From the NCBI GenBank assembly GCA_036630325.1, contig CP142727.1:496001-560000 (forward strand): a DNA stretch of 64,000 bases, read 5' to 3'. Made by a program: the position numbers and the translations under genes. Below, one piece after another: positions 21,405 through 31,048 of this stretch. Source of the DNA: Vairimorpha necatrix (taxonomy: Eukaryota). Each line of letters starts with the position of its first letter. The stretch's first letter is position 1. The notes beneath the pieces were generated by a model. The model worked only from the letters and a program-made list of their open reading frames with translations, made no database searches and was not told the DNA's origin.

Positions 21405-24400
21405 TGTTAATCATTTATTTATTAAGGGTTCTAAACCCTACATCCCCCCTCCAGACGGGTAGTCTCTCCATCTTCTAAACAACTCTTCCTTATCTCTTTC
21501 AAATCATAATGCCTCTTTTTAACAATTTTACCATCCAGTAGTCTCACAATATATGAATCATTTTCACTTATAGCTACGATCCTTCCGCGACCCGTGAATC
21601 TTCCCTTGTCTGTTTTCGCACGTGTACCTAAATTTTCTCTCCTAGCGATTCTTACCTCTTGGCCTACTGTAAATGTCTCTCTGTGTCTTCTCTTGAACCG
21701 ACCAGCATATTTTCCATTTTCATCATTTTCAATTATAACTTCAGCAGTTTGATCTCTCCACGCTTCCATCGGCGTACATTTTATTGCTGTATGTAGTGTA
21801 TTATTATATCCTTTGATTGCTCTTTCTATCTTTTCAGAAATATTCCCATAATTTTGCTTTATCAATGTCTCTCTTATAGTTCTGATGCATCTCTCGATTC
21901 TACCATTACTCCTATGAGCTTCTAAGCCCACTTTCCTATGTTTAATATCATTAATACTACACCATTCTTTAAATCTATTACTTACAAACTCTTTTCCGTT
22001 GTCTGTCACATATTCCTCTGGAAATCCATCTTCCCTTATCCACTTTTGTAATACCTCTATAACTTCACTACTCTCTTTACATCTCAAATTCGAACCCCAC
22101 AACCTTCTAGTAAAGTAATCAATACCCAGTAACACATACCTATTCTCTCCACCTATGTCCATTAAATCCAACGCCACTTTCTCCAATTTCTTTCTAGTTA
22201 CTACGAAATCACATCCTCCTGTGTTTTTCCTATTGTTAATCCCACATATTTCACAATTCTTAATTACCTTATTAATATGATCTTTCATACCAGGCCAATA
22301 CCATCTTTGTTTAATGTTATAATAAGTGCCTTTGACACCTCTATGGTTTAACTCCTCATGTACTCTTGTTATTTCATGTTCTCTACTATCTAGGCTCAAT
22401 ATCTCTTTCACCTCACCTGTGGAAAATTCCCAATACTGTTTACCGTCCTTTTCTTTAATATGTTTCTGCTTTTTTCCCAAAATTTGTTTTTCGATCACTT
22501 CTTTTCTCTTGTTGTCCTTTTCTTTTTGTTCATCCGAAACTTCTACCTGATCATACTGCCTGCTTAACGCATCTGCATCTGTCATCAACTCCCCTTTCAC
22601 ATACTCTATTGTAAAGTCAAACTCTTGTATCTGTTCTACCCATCTGTTTATTCTGTTATTATTGAAGTATGGCTTATTTCTGATCTCTGCTAATGCTTTA
22701 TGATCCGTCATCAAATGAAATTTCCTTCCTCTCAAATCACTTTCAAACTTCTTTATTCCAAAAAACACCGCCAACATCTCCTTCTCACTTATCGTATATC
22801 TTCGCTCGGTAGGAGTCAACATTTTCGATGCCCATTGTATCGGAATCCACTCACCCTCTTTATTTTCTTGTAATAGAATTGCTCCGATCCCCGTATCACA
22901 CGCATCAGTTCTTACTCTAAATAGCTTTTTTCCGTCCGGAATCTTCAACTTTTTCATATCTCTCAAGCCTTGCTTCATATCCTCAAAAGCTCTTTCCATA
23001 TCCTCCGTCCAATTCCACTTAACATCTTTCTTTAAAGCCTTAGTAAGCCTTACTGTTCTATACGCATAGTTGGGAATAAAGTCTCTAAACCAACCAGTTA
23101 GTCCTAAAAATCTTCTTAACTCTCTAACATTCTCAGGTTTTCTATATTCCAATGTCTCCTGCTTTTTAATCTCATTCGGTCCCATGACCTCCCCATTAAT
23201 TGTTACTCCCAGCAACATCACCTCATCTTTTTTGTATTGTATCTTTGTTTGGTTTATTCTCAACCCACACTCTTTAAACTTTTTAATTACCCTCTCTAGT
23301 AACTCGTCATGCACTCTTACGTCTTTACCATGAATAACTATATCATCCATATATACTTCCACGCCTTTACCTCTAAATTCATCTAAAACTCTGTTCATTA
23401 CTCTCTGCATTATATGAGGCGAATTCTTAAACCCCATAACCATACTATTCCATTCGTATACTCGACCATTCACTTCAAATGCTGTTTTGTGCTTATGGTG
23501 CTCCTCAATCTCAATATGATAAAACCCTTCTTTTAAGTCGATAACCGTAAATACTTTTGACCCCTGTGTGGCTCTCATAATATCCTTAATTAACGGTAGT
23601 GAGTACGGGTCCTTGTCAACCAAATCGTTTAACGCCATCAAATTGCTTACCAATCTTACGTCCCCATTTGGTTTTTCAAGTGCTCTTATTGGACTCCTCC
23701 ACTCACTTTTGGAACGTCTTATAACCCCTCTATTTTCCAACTTATTCAAGTACTCCTCAAATTTCACCCTAAGGTAGTATGGCACATTCTGCCCTCTTTT
23801 CACAACCTTTTCACCTTGCTTAGTATTTATTGGACACTTCTCTCCTGTGAGATATTTTATCTTTTCTTCTGATTCTTTAAAAACTTCCGGATACTTTTCA
23901 ATTAAATTTTCTAACTTATTTACTGTTTTACATCTTTTCCCTTCATTGTTGATAATTGGTTCTTTCTGTAAAACTTGTTCCTTTTTAATTTTATATTTTT
24001 CCCTACCAGCTACACTTTCATGACATTCTCTAGCGTAATGCCCTTCTTTCTTACATATAAAACATTTTGTAGTTTCTCTGATTTCTCTTCTTTTCCTATA
24101 CATCCTAAGATTTTCTTTTCTTTCTTCCCTAAACTCTTTCAACACTTTATCCATAATCTCTTTAATCATTTCTTGTCTTTCTTCTGACTCTCTCTCAAAT
24201 TCTGCTCCTTTTTGTAAGCCTTTATAAATTTCCTCCCAACTGCTCCTTCCGTCACAAAAATTTTCAAAAATATAATCCTGCAAGTTCGCAGATGCCAAAT
24301 CCATAACATCTTTCCACTCAACTTTCTCAACTTTCAATATTAACTTTAGTCTCTTATCTATCCTAATTGCCTCTTTCTCTAATGTTCTATCCTCTTGACT

Positions 24401-24479
24401 AAGGGACTCTCTTGTTTCCCTGTTCATCCTTGTGTTCGCCATGTTAATCATTTATTTATTAAGGGTTCTAAACCCTACA
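21405..24479 (-). mobile_element. mini-LTR Ty3/gypsy-like retroelement, family A copy 2 (3075 bp, apparently intact)
   Basis: Identical 38-bp LTRs at 21405-21442 and 24442-24479, 5-bp TSD TGTAA, PPT and candidate PBS. Confidence 0.97.
21431..24451 (-). CDS. single-ORF Gag(CCHC)-RT-RNaseH-integrase polyprotein, family A
   Basis: 1006 aa. CFICKKEGHYAREC, YMDD, RTDACDTGIGAIL, HHCC finger, and VTDNGKEF / SNGRIER. It starts in the 5' LTR and stops in the 3' LTR. Confidence 0.95.
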   Translation of the reverse strand: MINMANTRMNRETRESLSQEDRTLEKEAIRIDKRLKLILKVEKVEWKDVMDLASANLQDYIFENFCDGRSSWEEIYKGLQKGAEFERESEERQEMIKEIMDKVLKEFREERKENLRMYRKRREIRETTKCFICKKEGHYARECHESVAGREKYKIKKEQVLQKEPIINNEGKRCKTVNKLENLIEKYPEVFKESEEKIKYLTGEKCPINTKQGEKVVKRGQNVPYYLRVKFEEYLNKLENRGVIRRSKSEWRSPIRALEKPNGDVRLVSNLMALNDLVDKDPYSLPLIKDIMRATQGSKVFTVIDLKEGFYHIEIEEHHKHKTAFEVNGRVYEWNSMVMGFKNSPHIMQRVMNRVLDEFRGKGVEVYMDDIVIHGKDVRVHDELLERVIKKFKECGLRINQTKIQYKKDEVMLLGVTINGEVMGPNEIKKQETLEYRKPENVRELRRFLGLTGWFRDFIPNYAYRTVRLTKALKKDVKWNWTEDMERAFEDMKQGLRDMKKLKIPDGKKLFRVRTDACDTGIGAILLQENKEGEWIPIQWASKMLTPTERRYTISEKEMLAVFFGIKKFESDLRGRKFHLMTDHKALAEIRNKPYFNNNRINRWVEQIQEFDFTIEYVKGELMTDADALSRQYDQVEVSDEQKEKDNKRKEVIEKQILGKKQKHIKEKDGKQYWEFSTGEVKEILSLDSREHEITRVHEELNHRGVKGTYYNIKQRWYWPGMKDHINKVIKNCEICGINNRKNTGGCDFVVTRKKLEKVALDLMDIGGENRYVLLGIDYFTRRLWGSNLRCKESSEVIEVLQKWIREDGFPEEYVTDNGKEFVSNRFKEWCSINDIKHRKVGLEAHRSNGRIERCIRTIRETLIKQNYGNISEKIERAIKGYNNTLHTAIKCTPMEAWRDQTAEVIIENDENGKYAGRFKRRHRETFTVGQEVRIARRENLGTRAKTDKGRFTGRGRIVAISENDSYIVRLLDGKIVKKRHYDLKEIRKSCLEDGETTRLEGGCRV

Positions 24480-24578
24480 TGTAATATAAATAAAGTTTTT
24501 TTAGATGAAAAAAGAAACTTACTAGCTGGTAAAAAAAAACATTGTTTGGCCTTGCACATAAGAAAATTTTAATGATAA

Positions 24579-25021
24579 TTAGACCTCGTTGATTGTTGTA
24601 CTCTGCGATATTGAGGTCATATTATAAACCAGATCGGCATGTTGTGATTGTTATAAATATTCAAAAGTATTTTATTGAAATTGATAGTGTTATATCTGCA
24701 ATACTATATGTTTGCTGCTACAAAAACATTTATAACAATATAGAAAATAATTAATATTAGCTTCGTTATTATTGTTAGCCATTTAGACTTGTCTTTTTTA
24801 ACTATTGTGGTTTTTTTTGATATAAAAACGGAGTTAGTTTGATATTTCATTAGAATCCTCATCTGTATCAGAAATATCAATTACAAGAAAATTGTACCTA
24901 ACTTCTCGTAAATTGTTATTGTTTGTTATTTGAGAATTTTTTTTTGTATTAATGTTACTAGCTTATCAATTTCTTCGTGTATTCTGGTAGTAAAAACTTT
25001 TATAAAGTATATAACAAACAT
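24579..25021 (-). pseudogene. pseudogene of the 9862/20141 membrane protein family
   Basis: Hand translation gives a CCC-preceded MFVIYFIKVF start, then after frameshifts KKDKSKWLTIITKLILIIFYIVINVFVAANI*YCRYNTINF, ending STTINEV*. This matches KKKDGW...YYCRNDIIEF...ETTINDF in the paralog. Confidence 0.65.
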
Positions 25022-27288
25022 TTATGGGTAAAAAATTATCAAGTATTTTTATTATACCCTACATCAATATTCCAAGACATTATATTATTATAGTTCAGGT
25101 ATGATACGGGACCCTTTATGCGGACAGAAATAGTTTTTGTGGCCTATACTTATATGCAAAGTTACATAGTTATCTTCTCTAAGAATATATCAGCAAATTA
25201 AGAGAACTTTATAAACTAGTAGTTACAGAAAAGTTTAAGTGTTTATTCTTTAGTTTTTGTAAGAACAAATTTTATACTTGAAACATATTTTGATAACGTT
25301 TTAAAAATTGGTTCTCGTAACATTTTTTTATATTATTGATGTTTTTGTGTTATGACTTCATTTTAGTACTAATTTGTCTCTCGTTGCACATACTTATGAT
25401 TAAGCACTATGTATGCAACTCGCTTACATTTATTGACTATAAAGATCTCATATATATATAAATATATTTTACTTTAAGGAGTCGCATCTGAAACTTAGAT
25501 TGAATGCATGCCTTTAAAAATAGGTATTACAATATTTGTACCGACATAACATGGTACTTAGTATTCACACTTTTTTTGCAAGCTACAAATTTTTTTGCAA
25601 TACATGCCATAACTATATTTATAGCTAAGAATAGCAAACTTATAGTATTTTTACCTCAAAATTATATTTGCTGAGAAAAAGTTATAATTTATTAGTCGTA
25701 ATTTAATTTTATGTAAAAGACCAACAAGATTCTACTTGATCTATATGTTCATTTCATGATATATATCAACGTAACACTATTATTAGTACGGCCGCTTCAT
25801 AGAAAAGTAATTTTTGCAAACTTAAATTTCCATTCAATGCGATGTAAATGATATTATATTAACAATTCTTTGTGTATTCATTCTGTAATGCAGAAAATAA
25901 TCATATTACATTTTCTAAAAGGTGGTATGTCCTCTTTATAGCCTTGCTACAGTACAAACCTTGTAACTTTAACTATAAAAAATGAGTATTCGTTTTACCA
26001 TTTATATGTCTGTCTTATTGTTTTGTATTGATTTCTGTGCACCTAATCCAAATATTTATTCTATAATAGAAGATACTGCGATTTTAATCAACGTAAACCT
26101 CAAATGTAAATACTTGTTTTATTTCGTTTTGCATTAAATTTATTTTAAACAACTTATATTTTAAATTATATTGATCTATGGTTATATTATATCTGCATTA
26201 TTAAACTCATAAAATATTTACAAACAATAAATACCATTTTTAAGTACTTAAATATGTTTACTGTTTTTCAATTATTATAAATTATTCTGTTTTAAATCCT
26301 CTTTTAAAGTCAAAAAACATCGATTTATTGGATTTATGTATAGCATCTGTACTCATAGAAGTAGCTGCGATTTTTTTCCTATAAGAATATAAGTGGTGAC
26401 GTTTTTTTACTATTATCAATCTTTTTATTATATTTTTTCTGTAAATTTATAGCTCAAAGTTAGATTAATAATTATAAATTATGACAGTAAGTTGCATTAG
26501 GTATTTCATTATAAAAATCAATCTGTAAATTTTTTCCAATAAATCCTAAATTTATTACTACTTATTTTTTTCAAAGTATACTGTAACTATTTTCGGTCAA
26601 TCTAAGATGCTTATCAATTTTTTTTAAAAAAATAACTATTTGTATTTTATTTAAGCCGTTTTCGGGAATTTTTACGTTTGATTATAATTTTCTTTTTTAT
26701 GAATATAAAAATTACATTATGAATACTTTAAAGAAAATTTAGCGTTTGTCAAAAGTATTAAGTAATTGTTATGTATAGTCTATCTCATATATATATTCTG
26801 TTATTTTTGTTGTACATGGGCCATGATCAATCTAAAGAAGAGCAAACCTATTTTATTGCTAAAAAAAGTATTATTAAAATTTAAAATTGTTTTATTAAAG
26901 GCAAAACAGCAAAAAATTAGGATTTAATGTCCAACCAATATAATTAATGCGGTTTTAGGCTAGAAAATATTTTCCTCATTATTTATGGATAAAATGAAAA
27001 TAATAACGTTCATAAGGCAACTCTAAACTATTTTTTATGAACAATATTTACTAGGTCCAAACTTTTATTGACTAGATAAAAACATAACAAACAATACAAT
27101 TCTCTATAAACTTTTTAGTTCATTGCGATAAAAGGATTATTTGTAGAATTTTGAAGTTTTAAAGCAAAACAAAATTTAAATAAGCTATGAATTGCTAAAA
27201 CATTTTAATAAATTCAATACTCATACAAACAAAGCTATTGTCATTTAAATGTAAATAGAAAAAAACAATCTTTCGTGTTTTTACGAAA

Positions 27289-29512
27289 TCATCATATATA
27301 TAAAAGAATTTTATTTAATTTTTTACCCCTATTTTTTGTGGTTTTGAAAAATCTACACTACAAATTTTAGACTTATTGTGTATTAAAAATATCAAATTTA
27401 CATCTAATGTTTCGATGTGATTATTGTAAGTGTGTATATTATGTGTTAATGCATTTTTATTCTAATTATTATTTTTGTTAAACTCAGTTCCAAAATATTG
27501 TCAGAATCGTTTTTTAGAATTTATTTAACCCTTCTAGAAAAACTTTAAAAACAATTGACAAAAGAAGAAATTGAATGTAAGTATCAAAAACTGAGCTTAA
27601 GAACTTCCCAAAATTATCTCATTGAGATTATTAAATGTTTTAAAACAACATTTTTCCTTATATGTTACTAAAAAGTATTTTTGAAGATGATGTCCAAACT
27701 CTGTCAAATTCAATCATCCAAAATGGAAACTCAACAAAATTAAAAGAGGGAATACATATTAAAAAACTAAACATTTAGATCCCGTTTTCAAAACGGGAAC
27801 GCATACGCTAGTCATATATATAAAAGAATTTTATTTAATTTTTTACCCCTCTTTTTTGTGGTTTTAAAAATTCTAAACGATACATTTTGAGCCTTTTACG
27901 TTAATATAATATCATATATAGATTTAATGTTTTAATTTGATAATCATCATATATATAAAAGAATTTTATTTAATTTTTTACCCCTCTTTTTTATGGTTTT
28001 GTAAAATCCAAACTTCTTATTACAGCTTATTATGTTATTGTATTGTCAAATTTAAACTCAATGCTTAAATTTGATAATTGTAAGTGCGTATACTATATAT
28101 TAATGCATTTTTATTCTATTTATTATTTTTGTAAAACTCAGTTCCAAAATATCGTCAGAATCGTTTTTTAGAATTTATTTAACCCTTCTAGAAAAAATTC
28201 AAAAAAACATATACCAAAAATAAGTTGAATATAAGTGTTAACAATTTAGCTTATAAGTTCCCAAAATTATCTCATTATAATTATAAAATGTTTTTAGCTC
28301 AACTTTACTCCTTATATGTTACTAAAAAGTATTTTTCAAAATCATGTTTTCTCCTTTTTAAATTCAGTTATCCCAAAAATGGAAACTCAACAAAATTCAA
28401 GGATCAAAGACATATTATCAAACTAAACATTTAGATCCCGTTTTCAAAACGGGAAAGCATACGCTAGTCATATATGTAAAAGAATTTTATTTAATTTTTT
28501 ACCCCTCTTTTTTGTGACTTTGAAATTTCTAAACGATATGTTTTGGGTCTTTTATGTTAATATAATATCAAATATAGATTTATTGCTTTAATTTGACTAT
28601 TCTAAGTGTGTATGTTATCAGTTAATACTTTTTAATTCTATTTATTATTTTTGTAAAACTCAGTTCCAAAATATCGTCAGAATCGTTTTTTAGAATTTAT
28701 TTAACCCTTCTAGAAAAATTCACAAAAATATTAACCAAAGAAAAAGTTGAATATAAGTGTCAAAAATTGAGCTTAGAAGTATTCAAAATTATCTAATTAT
28801 GATTTATAAGTGATTTTAGCTCAACTTTACTCCTTATATGTTACTAAAAAGTATTTTCAAAAATCATGTCTAAACTATGTCAAATTCAATCATCCCAAAA
28901 TGGAAACTTAACAAAATTTAAGGATGAAAGACATAATATAAAACTTAAAATGTAAATCCCGTTTTTTAAAACGGGAAAGCATACGCTAGTCATCATATAT
29001 ATAAAAGAATTTTATTTAATTTTTTACCCATCTTTTTTGTCAATTTTAAATTTCCACACTATATATTTTAAGCTTTCTATGTTATTTAAATATCATATAT
29101 AGATTTATAGCGATAATTTGACTATTCCAAGTGTGTATGTTATTAGTTAATACTTTTTAATTTTGATTATTATTTTTGTTAAACTCAGTTCCAAAATATC
29201 GTCAGAATCGTTTTTTAGAATTTATTTAACCCTTCTAGAAAAAATTCACAAAAACATGTACCAAAAAAAAACAGCATAAAAGTGTTAAAATTGAGTTTAG
29301 AAGTTCCCGAAATTATTTCAATATGACTCAAAAGTGTTTTTAACTCAACTTTACTCCTAATATGTTACTAAAAAGTATTTTTGAAAAAGATGATTTCATC
29401 CTATCAAATTCAATCATCCCAAAATGTAAACTCAAAAAAATTCAAGGATCAAAGACATATTAAAAAACTAAACATTTCGATCCCGTTTTCAAAACGGGAA
29501 AGCATACGCTAG
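27289..29512 (+). repeat. head-to-tail array of non-autonomous Helitrons (four full ~520-bp units plus one short 5' fragment)
   Basis: Units start TCATATATATAAAAGAATTTT at about 27289, 27812, 27944, 28468 and 28990. Full units end hairpin-GCATACGCTAG at 27811, 28467, 28989 and 29512. Same family as 18698-19215. Confidence 0.9.
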
Positions 29513-29597
29513 TTATTAATATAATATTATTTTTTTTTCAAATTCTCAAAATACTATTATCATTTTACTTTCAAAATAAAAAATTTAAAATAAACTC

Positions 29598-30860
29598 GGA
29601 GGGGAGGTACCACAGTACCCTCCTCTGAGGGTGTTTACTTTATTTTGTCGAACCCCAAAATCGAAGTTCAAAAAAAAGAGAAAGAAGAAGACAAAAATTA
29701 CTAGAACTTACTGATAGTAAAAATACATAATAAAATGATAAAATGACTTAAAATTGAATTTCAAGATTTAAAAATGTTTCTAAATATATGATACAAAAAA
29801 AATTGAAATTTATACAAATTTATTTACTTTATTCTAGTTTTTATTTAATAGTCCTTAAAAATGATAGATCTCTATAAGAATGGCGAGAAAATAATGGAAA
29901 AAATGATTATAAGTACATTAGAAAGCAGATTTTGTCCTTTATACCTTGGAAATGTACATCGACGTTTGGAAATACTTAATCAAATGCGTTGTACCACAAA
30001 AAGCTGTCGAAAAGAATATACAATAACGAAAGAGAAGCCTATTTAATGCTAAATTATCTTGGTTAAAAATATGCCAGGTTCTATATCTATTGTTTGAAAA
30101 CAACTTTCAGAATGATTTAAAACCCACTTAATATCCACAAAAAACAATCTATAGAATTATCAGAAAAAGTAGTAAACATATAACTGGTAATATCATTATT
30201 GGAGGACCAGGTATTGTTGTAGAAATCGACGAATCTAAATTCGGAAAGAGAAAAAACAACAAAGGCCACAAAGTTGACGGTGTGTAGGTAATTAGGATGG
30301 TTGAAAGAACAGCCGAAAGAGGTCTAGTGCTTCTAAAAGTAAAAAACAGAAAAGCCGAAACTCTTGAAAAATTAATAAAAAAATATGTAAGTCCCGGAAG
30401 TTTTATATTTATCGACTGTTAGGAAGGTTTTTTAAATTTAAATCAATTGGGGTTGTACGAACACTACACTGTTAACATTCTCTTGGTTTTATAAATCCAG
30501 AGAATGGTGTTCGTACTAACACGATCGAAGGGACATGGGTTGGTGTTAAAAGAGTGATTCCTGCCAGACATAGGACTGAGAAGGATATAAATCGTTATTC
30601 TAATTTATTTACTTTTGAAGAAATAATCCAACAAATACGATCGAAATATTAATAAAAAAGACATTTTACAAATAAATCTAATTTTAAAATCAATTTTTGT
30701 ATTTAAATTTATATTTAATTATTTTTTTTTACTATCATAAAGTTCTAGTAATTTTTGTCCCCTTCCTGCTCCTCCTTTTTTTGCATTTCGATTTTGGAGA
30801 TCGAAAAAATAAAGTAAACGGCCTCAGAGAGGGGGGGGGGTACAGTGGTATCTTTCACCC
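29598..30860 (+). mobile_element. decayed Merlin transposon
   Basis: Imperfect long TIRs and transposase remnants IGGPGIVVEIDESKFGKRK and TNTIEGTW, with stops and frameshifts. Confidence 0.85.
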
Positions 30861-31048
30861 ATCAATATAAATTTCTACATTGTATAATAAAATTTATTTT
30901 CATTTATGAATAATTTAAATCAATTTGTTTGTTTTTACCAACAAATTACAAAATAAAACTATTTAAGGAGAAATTTCAGCATAAATCAAAAAGTGAAATT
31001 ACAGTGTCAAAATATTAAAATATAAAATTTTAATATTTTAACCCTTCA

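Noticed and set aside
27289-29512. Conserved blocks with variable intervening segments resembling a CRISPR array
   Set aside because: The variable parts are homologous between units, the period is ~520 bp, the termini are Helitron-type, and there are no cas genes in this eukaryotic context.
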